From NCBI GenBank assembly GCA_963748815.1, contig CAVVKJ010000008.1, forward strand, positions 96,001-160,000: a stretch of DNA of 64,000 nt, written 5' to 3'. The position numbers and the translations under genes were made by a program. Shown here in pieces: positions 27,621 to 37,611 of this stretch. This stretch comes from an uncultured Gemmatimonadales bacterium (GTDB lineage: Bacteria > Gemmatimonadota > Gemmatimonadetes > Gemmatimonadales > GWC2-71-9). Numbering within the stretch: position 1 is the stretch's first letter; every line of letters begins with the position of its first letter. The notes beneath the pieces are model-generated. The model saw nothing but the letters and a program-made list of their open reading frames with translations. It was not told the DNA's origin and did no database searches.

Positions 27621-29220
27621 CTGCCCCGCCGCCTTACCCTGGCTTTCGCACTTCTCGTCGTGCCCTCAATCGTCGTCGCCCAGGCGACGGGTGATTCGAC
27701 GCAGCCCCCGGTCATCCGCGCCATCGACCTGAACCGCCAGGAGATCTTCGACTCGATGGAAGCCACCCACTGGCTTCAGCGGCTCGCCAACGACCTCCAC
27801 ATCCGCACCCGCCCGATCGTCATCCGGCGGGAGCTGCTGTTCGGCGTCGGCGATGCGTACGACTCCGTGCTCGTGGCGGAGTCGGCCCGCAACCTCCGCT
27901 CCCTCGGCGTCTTTCGCGATGTCCGGATCGATTCGGTCCGCACCGACAGCGGCCTGACGATGCAGGTGGTGACGCGCGACGCCTGGACCACGCGCGCGGG
28001 GGGTCGCCTGCGGACGACGGGCAACCAGGTCTCCATCGGTCTCTCGTTCTTCGAGGACAATTTTCTCGGGACGGCGAGCCGGGCGGGCGTCTCCTTTTCG
28101 GCAGACCCGGTCCGCACCACCTTTGCCCTCGAGGGGTCGCAATCCCGGTTTCTCGGGAGCAGCATCGGGGTGGCCGGTCGATGGGAGAACCGCTCGGACG
28201 GGACGGTGCTCTACGGCCGGGTCAGCCGTCCCTTCTATTCGATCCAGGACCGCCGCGGTTTCCTGCTCACCGCGGAATACCGCGACGAGACCGTCGATCA
28301 GTACCTCGACGGCAATGACGTCGCCGTGGACAGCCTCGCCCACCGGTTCGGCGCCGTCCGCGGGACGGTCGGGTGGGCCCTCTACCGCAAACGGAGGGCG
28401 TACATCCGCAGCGGCGTGCTCGGGCAGGTCATTCGCAACAACTACCAGCCGGCCACCGACACCACCCCGATCCCGCGGACGGTGAATGCGGCCGTCGGGG
28501 GCTACCTGGAATGGAGTCACGTCCGGTATGTCGCTCGAACGGGATTCCAGACGTTCTCCCTCACGGAAGACATCGACCTCAGCACCACGCTGTCCGGCGG
28601 CGTGTATGCGGCCCCGACTTCTTCTGGGCTACGACAGCGCCGGTGTCGGCCTCTTCGCCACCTTCCGCACCGGCGCGACGTTCCGGAACGGCATCGTGCT
28701 GGTCAACGGGATTTCCGACGGGCTGATCACGTCGGCCGGCGTCGACTCGGGCGGCACCGTGCTCAATGCCACCGTGGCCTGGATGCCCGATTCGAACTCG
28801 CTCCTGGTGATGCACGGCAGCGGCGGCGTGCTGACCGACCCCGCCCCGGGGTACGAATTCGACCTGGGGCTGAACAGTGGCCCCCGGGCGTTCGGCGTGC
28901 ACAGCTTCACCGGCAACCGCGCCTTCTTCACTTCCGCGGAGGTGCGGCGCCTGCTCTGGCGTCGCCTCTTCGGCGTGGTGAGCCTGGGCGTCGCGGCCTA
29001 TGCGGATTACGGCGGCGCCTGGTGGAGCAACAGCCCGACCCGCACCGGCACGGACGTCGGCATCGGACTCCGGATTGCGCAATCGAGGTCGTCGCGCGGA
29101 ATCGTGTCGCGGGTGGACCTTTCCTGGCGCTTCGCCAACGATGCCGTGGGGGCGGGCTGGGTCGTGTCGCTCGGGCGCGGCTTCGCGTTCAGCCTCAACG
29201 CCCAGCGGCCGAGTTACTGA
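27621..29220 (+). CDS. BamA/TamA-like outer-membrane protein (POTRA + beta-barrel), split by a frameshift near 28620
   Basis: IRTRPIVIRRELLF...ESARNLRSLGVF POTRA motif; barrel strands continue in ORF 28486-29220 (GPRAFG, DVGIGLR, terminal F-rich strand). Confidence 0.8.
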
Positions 29221-29281
29221 CGCTGTCGCGCCGTCGGGCAGTCATCTACATTGCGGCACTCTCGACACCCCAGGAGCACCT

Positions 29282-29680
29282 ATGACGGAACCGGCGCCGG
29301 CGTCCCCTCGCCGCGGGTTGAAGCGGAAGACGAAGCTGATCCTGTTCGGCATCCTGCTCGCCCCGATCGCGATCTTCGCGCTGTATACCTGGGCGGCGCT
29401 GACGTGGAACTATTCGGAGGGGGAACGGGCGGGGATCGTGCAGAAGTTTTCGCAGAAGGGATGGATCTGCAAGACATACGAAGGCGAACTCGCCATGACT
29501 TCGGTGCCCGGGGTGATGCCGGTGCTGTGGGACTTCAGCGTGCGCAACGACGCGGTGGCCCAGCAGATTCGCGAGGCGATCGGCAAGCACGTGGCCCTGC
29601 ACTACACCGAGCACCGGGGCGTGCCCGGGACCTGCTTCGGCGAGACGAACTATTTCGTGGACAGCGTGACGGTGCGCTGA
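29282..29680 (+). CDS. Conserved hypothetical single-TM protein
   Basis: AGGAG SD; YSEGERAG.VQKFS.KGWICKTYEGEL...GETNYFV. Confidence 0.8.
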   Translation: MTEPAPASPRRGLKRKTKLILFGILLAPIAIFALYTWAALTWNYSEGERAGIVQKFSQKGWICKTYEGELAMTSVPGVMPVLWDFSVRNDAVAQQIREAIGKHVALHYTEHRGVPGTCFGETNYFVDSVTVR

Positions 29681-30966
29681 GCCGGGACCGGGCGGGCGAG
29701 CACGAGGATGCGCACGTACTGCCCGAGCACGGCCAGCACCCCCGCCAGGTAGAGTGACCCACCGGCCAGGACCAGGGGCCGGTGGCCCGCCATGGTTCCC
29801 CCCGCCAATCCCCAGACGCCGAGCGCCAGCAACGCGAGCGAGAGCCGCACCATCCCCGTCGAGGTGAGGTCCTCCTGTGTGGGGGCGCCGGCCTGCGCCG
29901 CACGCGGCCCGAAGAGGTTCATCCAGGCCAGGAACGGCAGGATCTTGTACAGCACCCCCACCACGAGCAGGACCAGCCATCCCGCGATCGCCAGCAACCC
30001 GTAGGTGGTCCAGCTCCGCATGCTGGCGTTCCCCAGCAGGATCGTCGCCCCCAGCACCACTGCCGCCGCAAAGTGCGCCACCCCGAGTGCCACGTGCGCC
30101 ATCGCCGGGTCCATCGGCCGCCGCTCGGCGTGGCGGAAGTAGAGTGCCAGCTGCAGCAGGTAGAGGAGGGCGCTGGCCAGGACCAGCGCGCCGCCGGCGC
30201 GGGTGACCACCGACCATCCGCCGAGTGCGCCAGTGGTCAGGGTGGCCAGGCCGGCCAGGCCGACGGGACCGATCCACTTGAGCGGCCAGGTGGGGGCGCT
30301 GGCCGCGAGCAGGAACATCGGGAGCATCCAGCTGCCCACGCCGACCGCGGTGAAGACCACGAAACCGAAGACGGCCAGGTGGAAGTGGCTGGCGATGACC
30401 GCCATCCGGTCCATCGGCCACCAGCCGAGACTGTTGCCGATCCGGGCCAGGGCCACGAGCATCGCGGTGCCGAGCGCGATGTGCCCCGCCGAGACGTAGC
30501 GGCCGACGACGAGTCCGCGGGGCGCCTTCCGGCGCTGGGGGAGGAGATTCCAGCTGGAGCCGAAGACGCCGGCAAAGAGGAGGAGCCAGCCGACGCCCAG
30601 CAGGGCGGGGCGCCAGAACCAGAAGCCTGTCACCAGCGCGAGGGTGCCGGCGGTGTGCAGGATCCAGGTCCAGTGTGCGACCCGGATGCTGCGGATGGCG
30701 ATGCCGAGGGCGCCGGGAAAGAACTGATTGAGGGCGCCGTAGATCGTGGTGGTCAGCACGCCGAGGGTGAAGATGTGGGTGACGGCGAGGAGGCGGGGGG
30801 ACAGGAAGTTGCCGGCGGCGAGGTCACCTGCGCTCGCGATCAGGCCCATCGCGCCGACCAGCAGCCAGAGCAGCGCGGTGGCAAAGTGTTCGGCGGTGAG
30901 CCAGAAGGGCGGCGGGTGGGCCGGCCCCGCGATCGGGAGGGGGCGGCCCGGAGGCGCAGGTGTCAT
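29650..30966 (-). CDS. His-rich polytopic membrane protein (about 12 TM; distant heme-copper oxidase subunit I/NnrS-like)
   Basis: VTHIFTLG, SHFHLAVFG and LYKILPFLAW in TM helices. Confidence 0.7.
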   Translation of the reverse strand: MTPAPPGRPLPIAGPAHPPPFWLTAEHFATALLWLLVGAMGLIASAGDLAAGNFLSPRLLAVTHIFTLGVLTTTIYGALNQFFPGALGIAIRSIRVAHWTWILHTAGTLALVTGFWFWRPALLGVGWLLLFAGVFGSSWNLLPQRRKAPRGLVVGRYVSAGHIALGTAMLVALARIGNSLGWWPMDRMAVIASHFHLAVFGFVVFTAVGVGSWMLPMFLLAASAPTWPLKWIGPVGLAGLATLTTGALGGWSVVTRAGGALVLASALLYLLQLALYFRHAERRPMDPAMAHVALGVAHFAAAVVLGATILLGNASMRSWTTYGLLAIAGWLVLLVVGVLYKILPFLAWMNLFGPRAAQAGAPTQEDLTSTGMVRLSLALLALGVWGLAGGTMAGHRPLVLAGGSLYLAGVLAVLGQYVRILVLARPVPAQRTVTLSTK

Positions 30967-30976
30967 CCGGCCTAAG

Positions 30977-32317
30977 CTAATTGCCTCCGCAGACCGCCGC
31001 AGCGTAGGAGAAGGGGATCACGCGCTCGCCGCCATTCCCCGGGCCGGCGATCTCCGCGTAGAGGCCGGCCGCACCGGACCGTCGATAGGAGATCCGGGTC
31101 GGGAAGTCGTGGGCGGGGTTGGCAAAGGTGACGCTGCTGTCGGTGACCTGGGTGGCGGCGAAGGACGCGATGGCCTGCCCCGAGGGATCGGCGGTGTAGC
31201 GCAGCGAGTCTCCCTGGCCGGTGATCCGGACGGTTTCCGAGCCGACGACCTTGCCGCCGCGCAGCGTGCGGCCCCGTCCGTCGAGCGATCCGTCGGAGGC
31301 CACCGTCCAGTGCTCCTCGATGGTGACGCCGTTGCGTGCGGTGCTCCAGCAGCCGATCAGCCAGGGGAGGGTGGCCTCGGCGGTCCGCGGGGCGAGCCGC
31401 GCCTTGAACTCCGCGGACTCGAATTCGGACAGGCCGAGGTAGAGCAGCGCCACGAACTGGTCCATGCGGCGCTGGCTTCCGAGCTGCGACGGCCAGGCGT
31501 TGGCGGGCTGGCTCCCCTGGGCCGCTTCCAGCGTGGCGCCGGCCTTCACCTCGGTGGCGACGCCACTGCTGACCCCGAGGAGCATCTCCCGGTAGCGCAG
31601 GAGATCGGCGCGATTCCCGACCGGGCCGTGGCCCGGGACGATGCGGGTGGCGCTGTCGCTGTGGGCCAGGCCCCAGTCCACGCCGGCGAGCATGCCGGCC
31701 AGGCGGCCGCCGGTCCACCAGTCCATGAACGGGGGCGCCAGGTGTTCGAAGAGGTCGCCGATGTGGATGAGGTTCGCGTCGGGGAGCCAGACGATGGCGT
31801 CGCCGTCGGTGTGGGCGGCGGGAATGTGGGTGACGATGACGCGCTGACCGTTGACGCGCAGGGACAGGGTGTCGCGAAAGGTGCGGGTCGGCATCGCGGC
31901 GGGGTCGGCGGGGGTACGATGCCAGTCGCCCCAGGCGGCGATGGTGGTGTCCTTCGCCATCTGCACCGGGAGTTGTTCCTGCCCGATGATCTCGGCGCCG
32001 CGGTTCCGGAAGAGGGCGTTGCCTTCGGTGTGGTCGCCGTGGTAGTGGGTGTTGATGACCCAGCGGACGGGTGGGGCGCCGAGGCTGGTCAGCACCGAGT
32101 CGGCGAGCCCCACCCGGCGGGCGCTCTGGGCGTCCACCAGCAGGGTTCCGTCGGGGCCGGTCAGGACGAGGATGTTGCCGTTGGCAAACCCGGAAATGAC
32201 GGCCAGGTCGGGCCCGAGCCGTTCGGCACGCATGACCATCACATCCTGCTGGGCGTGGGCCGGGGCGGTCAGGAGCGACAGCAGGGTGAAGGCGCCGATG
32301 GGGGTGCCACGGATCAT
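30977..32317 (-). CDS. Secreted MBL-fold metallohydrolase fused to a DUF6265-like domain
   Basis: Signal peptide; THYHGDH (HxHxDH), AHTDGD, GD, VPGHG; C-terminal WLIGCW...EEHW...FANPAHDFP.RI.Y. Confidence 0.85.
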   Translation of the reverse strand: MIRGTPIGAFTLLSLLTAPAHAQQDVMVMRAERLGPDLAVISGFANGNILVLTGPDGTLLVDAQSARRVGLADSVLTSLGAPPVRWVINTHYHGDHTEGNALFRNRGAEIIGQEQLPVQMAKDTTIAAWGDWHRTPADPAAMPTRTFRDTLSLRVNGQRVIVTHIPAAHTDGDAIVWLPDANLIHIGDLFEHLAPPFMDWWTGGRLAGMLAGVDWGLAHSDSATRIVPGHGPVGNRADLLRYREMLLGVSSGVATEVKAGATLEAAQGSQPANAWPSQLGSQRRMDQFVALLYLGLSEFESAEFKARLAPRTAEATLPWLIGCWSTARNGVTIEEHWTVASDGSLDGRGRTLRGGKVVGSETVRITGQGDSLRYTADPSGQAIASFAATQVTDSSVTFANPAHDFPTRISYRRSGAAGLYAEIAGPGNGGERVIPFSYAAAVCGGN

Positions 32318-32431
32318 CTGGGAACTCGGAGGTTGGGATGAATGGCCATACGGTTGTGAAGGGTCGGGAGTTCCGCGTCGGGTCGGTGGAACCTTGAGAA
32401 TTGGCCTTCGGGTAGCGATGTTAACCCTCCC

Positions 32432-32503
<72 letters not shown>

Positions 32504-32521
32504 CTTGCCCCAGAACGACTT

Positions 32522-32549
32522 AGGCCCTCCAGGTGGAGGGCCTTTGCTT
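32522..32549 (+). terminator. tRNA-Cys terminator
   Basis: AGGCCCTCC-AGGT-GGAGGGCCT followed by TTGCTT. Confidence 0.8.
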
Positions 32550-32611
32550 GCTCGCCGCGCCGCTGACCGCATTCCGTCGCTCGGTTTGCCCACTCCCGCC
32601 GTCAGGTCACC

Positions 32612-33061
32612 ATGCGGCTCTGGTCGATTCATCCCCAATACCTGGATTCCCGAGGGCTGGTGGCACTCTGGCGCGAGGCACTCCTCGCCCAGGCCGTGCT
32701 GGCGGGCCGCACCAAGGGGTATCGTTCGCACCCTCAACTCGACCGCTTCCGGGCGGGCTCCCGGCCGCTCGGGCTCCTCGCCAGATACCTGCACGGCGTC
32801 CGGGCGGAGGCCGATGCCCGAGGGTATTGCTTTGATGCGACGCGCATCCTCGAGCGCCCCGCGCGCAGCCGCCTGGAGGTGCCTGCCGGTCAATTGGCGT
32901 GGGAGTGGGTACATCTCCTTGGCAAGTTGAAGGCGCGTTCACCCGCGACCTATCGACACTGCCTCACGGTGGCCGACCCGATCCCTCATCCCCTCTTCCG
33001 CATTGGTCCAGGTGGCCCAGCCGAGTGGGAGCGAGGCGCTGCGGCCTCCCGGGCGCCATGA
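32612..33061 (+). CDS. Pyrimidine dimer DNA glycosylase / endonuclease V family protein
   Basis: MRLWSIHPQYLDSRGLVALWREALLAQAVL.G.TKGYRSHPQL.RF signature. Confidence 0.9.
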   Translation: MRLWSIHPQYLDSRGLVALWREALLAQAVLAGRTKGYRSHPQLDRFRAGSRPLGLLARYLHGVRAEADARGYCFDATRILERPARSRLEVPAGQLAWEWVHLLGKLKARSPATYRHCLTVADPIPHPLFRIGPGGPAEWERGAAASRAP

Positions 33062-34385
33062 GGCGCTTTCGCCTTCGAACTCGCATCGGCAATCCACCCT
33101 TCGGCGCCAGGGTCACGCCGGGATCGACAATCACCTGGTGACCAGGCAGAGGCTCCAACCGATAGCGCTGTACCACCGCCGTCATGATGACCGCCGCCTC
33201 CACCATCGAAAAATGATTGCCGATGCACTGGTGGGGCCCACCACCGAAGGGGAAGTACGCGAATTTCGGTCGCCCTGGCGAGCGGGAGGCCGTGAACCGG
33301 TCAGGGTCGAACCGGTCGGGGTCGTCCCACCATCGCGGATCGCGCTGAGTGGCGTAGGGGCTCAGCACGACGAGGCCGTTCCTCCGTATGGCAGTCCCGC
33401 TGATATCCTCCGCGCCACGTGCCTTGCGGGTGATGATCCACGCCGGGGGATAGAGGCGGAGCGTCTCCTGAAAGACATCCCTGACGTACGGAAGCGTGGC
33501 GAGTGAATCAACCGTCGGCGTGACCCCACCCAGGACCCGACTGGCCTCCTCCGCCAAACGATCATCGACCTCACCGTTTCCCCCAACCAGGTGCCAGGTC
33601 CAGCTGAGCGCGCTGGCCACGGTTTCGTGGCCGGCCACGATCATGGTCACCATCTCATTCCGGAGCTCCCGATCGGTCAACTGCTCGCCAGGATCGGCCG
33701 CGAGCAGCCGGGCCAGCAGATCCGTCGTGCCGGTGCGGGGGTCGACGAGTTCGCCTGCCGCCCGGCGCCGCGCGACCGTGGTGCGAATCGCCCCGTCCAG
33801 CACGGCCATCGCCTGGCGAAACTCCGCGCGTTGCGGCGTCGGCAGCCAGCCGGGAACCAGCCCAAGATTGCGCGCCCGTCCCATGATGTAGTGGAGCATC
33901 GTCATCACGGAACGGGTCAGCGTGCTGGATCGCTCGACCTCCACGCCGAAGAGCGAGCGGACCACGATCCGGAGCGCGACCTGCAGCATCTCCGCGTGGA
34001 CATCGATCGGCTCGCCCGACGCCGCATGGGCCTCCCATCGATCCAGCATCTCGGCCGCCGCCTCGTGCATCGACGGGATGAAGGTACCGACCTCCGCGCG
34101 GTGGAAGGCCGGCTGCACCATCCGCCGTCGCGCGAGCCAGGGCGGCCCGTCCATCGTCAGCAGTCCCTCCCCCGTGATGCCCGCCAGGAACCGATACTGA
34201 AACGTGTCCTTGCTGTAGTTGGCCTGATTGGTCACCAGCACATGCTGCACGTCGTCGGGATGCCGAAGAAAGTGGAAACCGACCGGCCCGACCCCGAATC
34301 GAAGGGTCCGCTCCGAGATCGGCTGTCGCCGGAGGAATTCGTGAGGCGCATCCCGCAACTGCTGCAGGTTGGCGAGGCTCGGCAT
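32964..34385 (-). CDS. Cytochrome P450 (probable carotenoid hydroxylase)
   Basis: AGHET I-helix, ETLR, PDRF and FGGGPHQCIG heme Cys; last gene of the crt operon. Confidence 0.92.
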   Translation of the reverse strand: MPSLANLQQLRDAPHEFLRRQPISERTLRFGVGPVGFHFLRHPDDVQHVLVTNQANYSKDTFQYRFLAGITGEGLLTMDGPPWLARRRMVQPAFHRAEVGTFIPSMHEAAAEMLDRWEAHAASGEPIDVHAEMLQVALRIVVRSLFGVEVERSSTLTRSVMTMLHYIMGRARNLGLVPGWLPTPQRAEFRQAMAVLDGAIRTTVARRRAAGELVDPRTGTTDLLARLLAADPGEQLTDRELRNEMVTMIVAGHETVASALSWTWHLVGGNGEVDDRLAEEASRVLGGVTPTVDSLATLPYVRDVFQETLRLYPPAWIITRKARGAEDISGTAIRRNGLVVLSPYATQRDPRWWDDPDRFDPDRFTASRSPGRPKFAYFPFGGGPHQCIGNHFSMVEAAVIMTAVVQRYRLEPLPGHQVIVDPGVTLAPKGGLPMRVRRRKRLMAPGRPQRLAPTRLGHLDQCGRGDEGSGRPP

Positions 34386-34386
34386 C

Positions 34387-35127
34387 TCAGGCGACCACTG
34401 CCGGCGGCGGCACGCGCTCCGCCGCCTTCCGTGCCGCGCTCCGGAAGAGAAGCAGCCCCTGGACCACCATCAGGTTCGTCACGAGAAAGAACACGGCCTC
34501 TTCGATCGGAAGGCCAACCAGCGCGATCCCGGTCGTGAAGCGATCGGAGATGTGCCAGATGCCCAGGCCGATCGCCAGCCGATCGCACACCCAAAGGTAG
34601 AGGGTCGGCACGGAGACGGCCCAGAGCAGGGCATGGCGGTGCGTCCAGAACATCGACCGCCCCACGAATAGCTGGAGCGCGAGCACGGGCGCCGTCCACG
34701 CGAGGATGAGGCCGAGATAAAACCCCGAGTCGGTGAAGAGCAGCCCGGCCCCCCCGAGCGCGAGCAGCGCCACGCCGGCCATGATCACGGGAGGCAGCCA
34801 CGGTGGCGGCCGATCTGATGCGGGCGGCCGCCGGGTCAGGACCAGGAACAACCACAGGCCGGTGAGGAGCGGCTGCACGAGGAAGAAGAAGTACTCCTCG
34901 ACCGGCACCCATCCGATGGTCGCCTGCACCCGATCAGGGCTATAGCTCCACACGCCCCGGGCGACGAGGTAGTTGTCCCATGGGGTGGTGTAGACGAGCG
35001 CGACGATGGACATCCCGGCCATCCACGCCAGTGCCTGGCCGGTGACCGCGCCGCTGCGCCATCCCAGCAGGGCCAACATGCCGAGGGCGGGCAGGATGAA
35101 CACCAGGTGGAATTCCCAGTAGGTCAT
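34387..35127 (-). CDS. crtY: Membrane lycopene beta-cyclase (fused CrtYc/Yd type)
   Basis: Two tandem domains: YTTPWDNYLV.RGVW.Y...PVEEYFFF and D.LAI.LGIW.I...LPIEEAVFF. Confidence 0.88.
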   Translation of the reverse strand: MTYWEFHLVFILPALGMLALLGWRSGAVTGQALAWMAGMSIVALVYTTPWDNYLVARGVWSYSPDRVQATIGWVPVEEYFFFLVQPLLTGLWLFLVLTRRPPASDRPPPWLPPVIMAGVALLALGGAGLLFTDSGFYLGLILAWTAPVLALQLFVGRSMFWTHRHALLWAVSVPTLYLWVCDRLAIGLGIWHISDRFTTGIALVGLPIEEAVFFLVTNLMVVQGLLLFRSAARKAAERVPPPAVVA

Positions 35128-35143
35128 CGGGTGCGGTTCCCCG

Positions 35144-35757
35144 TCACGGCTCGGACTCGAGCCACGCCCGGTACCGCGGCGGCGGATCGGAGGCGAGCAG
35201 CACGGTCCGAAGAGAATCCGCGGCCGGACGTCCCGCCTTCGCCGCACCCATCCAGGTCCAGATGCGCGCCTCGAGCACCGGCAGCCCGCACTCGGGCGCG
35301 ACGGTCACCTGCTGCGTCAGGGTCTCGAACCGGGTCAGGGCGGTCTCGCTGCTTCCTCCGAGGACACCCGGGCGATAGAGATACGACTGCCCGCTGATCA
35401 ACAGGACCCACGGGTCGTCGCGATCGAGCCGCTCGCGGCCTCAATGAGGCGGATGGAGGTGGCGCCGTACTGGGGCTTCTTGAGGAGTGGTGCCTGCTGC
35501 GCCCGAAAGCCCCAGAGGGCGGAGAGCCAGGCCAGCTCCCTGGCCGGCGCCGACGCATCGAGTTTCGAGGGCACGCCCTCCAGCAGGGACGCATCCCCGG
35601 TGAGCGGGACGAGACGAAACAGCGCGAGCAGTGAGTCGGATCGCGTGGGAGCCTCGGCGTAGAGGCGTCGGAGCGAGGTCTCGTCGGCATTGCCGAACGC
35701 CAGCTCGACCTGCGCGGCGAAACAGGTCGCCACGAGCGCGAAGGAGACCATCATCAC
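35144..35757 (-). CDS. Helical hypothetical protein inside the crt operon, frameshifted near 35420
   Basis: ORFs 35398-35817 and 35144-35401 join into one plausible protein of about 200 aa with a hydrophobic N-terminus. Confidence 0.5.
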
Positions 35758-35764
35758 GCGGCGG

Positions 35765-36641
35765 TCACTCGGCCCTGCTGCTGGCCAGCTGCTGGTGCGG
35801 AGCGGTCGACGAACCAACTGCCTCGAACTTCGCGATCATCTGTTCCACCGTCCGGCGGAGCCTGGTGGCGCCCTCCACGGCGGGAATGGCACGCACGGCC
35901 AGGCGACTGTGGCGCTTGAGCCGGGCGCGCGCGCGCGCGGCACCGAGCTCGAGTGACGCATTGGGTCGGCCCAACGCCGCATCTTCCTGGTCGGGGCCTG
36001 TGGCGTCGTTCAGGTCGTCGGCGGTCTGGTAGGCCAGGCCCAGGTGGCGACCCAGCGCGCGCCACGGCTCCGGTTCATGGCCGCACGCCAACGCCGCGGC
36101 CATCGTCGACGCCTCGAACAGGGCGCCCGTCTTGGCCTCATGGGTATCGACCCAGGTCGATGGTGGGTTCGCTCTCCCACGCCTGCCCGGCGACCAGTCC
36201 GCGCGGGGCGCCGGCCGCCGCGCTGAGCAGGGCGATCAGGCGGCCCGTCCGCTCGGGACGAAGATGCGCCACCGCGGCCACGCTGTTGATGGCGCCAAGA
36301 ATCAGTGCATCCGACGCGAGAATGGCCAGCGCCTGACCATGGACGGCATGCAGCGCCGGCCGGCCGCGTCGCTCACGCGCATCGTCAAAGGCTGGCAAGT
36401 CGTCCTGGATCAGCGACGCGCAATGCAACATTTCGAGGGCCACCGCGGTGGCGTCGAGCAACTGCGGCTCGTCTTCTCCCAACGCATCGGCGACCGCATG
36501 GCAGAGCGTGGGACGGAGCCGATGGCCCGCCGGAAGAGGGCATCGCGCAGAGCCAGCGCCAGTTTGGGGGGACAGCCGGCGGCCGTGAGCTGACCGAGCG
36601 CCACCCGAAGGGCCCGATTCGACACGCGCCCCTCGCGTCAC
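35765..36641 (-). CDS. crtE: Geranylgeranyl diphosphate synthase, with several frameshifts
   Basis: GHRLRP, LEMLHCASLIQDDLPAFDD...RRGRP (FARM), GQ and GLAYQTADDL (SARM) spread over different frames. Confidence 0.85.
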
Positions 36642-37611
36642 CCGGGCAGCGAGATGGATGGGCCGAGCAGGAGCACTCGGGATGACCCTCGGCGGGGACG
36701 TCACCGCTTGCACCAGAAATTGTGCCTCCGGTGCCGTGCAAAGACCGTCGCGTCGGTGGTCGCCGACCTTCCACCAGCGTGCCGGCAGGGCGCGGGCCGC
36801 CAGGGCCAGTTTCTGGGAGAGGGGCGTGTGGGCACGGCTCGTCACCGAGTCGTAGCCGGCGCTGGCAATACGGCCCCCAATGGCGGCATAGATGGACGCG
36901 CGGCACGGATCCCGACCCGGGTCCCTTCGGGCAGGCGCGCGATGCCATCGTCCGCCCGGTCATACAGGAGGTCGGCGCGTTCCAGCAGCCGGGACACCAC
37001 TGTCCCGATACCAGGATGGAAGCGAGGATCGGCCAGCCATGTTGCCGGGTCGACCCCGGCCTCTTTCATCGACTCCCGCGCGGCAGGTACGAGTCGCCCT
37101 CGCCGGGCATCCTCCCCGACGTCCCTCGCGATGTTGGTCAACTGCATCGCGACGCCGAGGTCCACCGCGCGCGCCAAAGTCTCGGCATCGCGTCGGCCGA
37201 GAATCAGTGTGGCCATGGCGCCGACCGTTCCGGCGACCCGGGCGGCGTAGGCCTCCACGTCATCCAGTGTCTCGTACTCCCGGCCCGACACCTCCCAGCG
37301 GAACCCCTCGAGGAGCGCCTGAGGGATGGCGCGGGGGATGGCGTATCGGGCGATGACCAGCGCGAAGGCGCGATCAACGGGGTCCGGTTCGGGCTGTCCT
37401 GCGTACAGCCGGTCGAGCCGCCGCTCCAAGAGCGCCACCGTATGCTCGTCGGCGGGATGCTCATCGATCGCGTCGTCCGCAACGCGGCAGAAGGCGTAGA
37501 GGGGGCGAGCGCCTGCCGGCTCGAACGCGGCAGCAACCGACCGGCGGTGTAGAAGCTCCGGGAGCCTTGGCGGAGAATGGATTCACAGTGCTGCCAGTCA
37601 GCGCGAGCCAT
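36638..37611 (-). CDS. crtB: Phytoene synthase, with several frameshifts
   Basis: GSRSFY, Y...VAGTVG and LGVAMQLTNIARDVGED.RRGR motifs across ORFs 37204-37611, 36842-37438 and 36138-36845. Confidence 0.88.

Noticed and set aside
36138..36845. CrtB-CrtE fusion protein
   Set aside because: The apparent read-through is explained by indels; the CrtE N-terminus lies in another frame (36410-36625).
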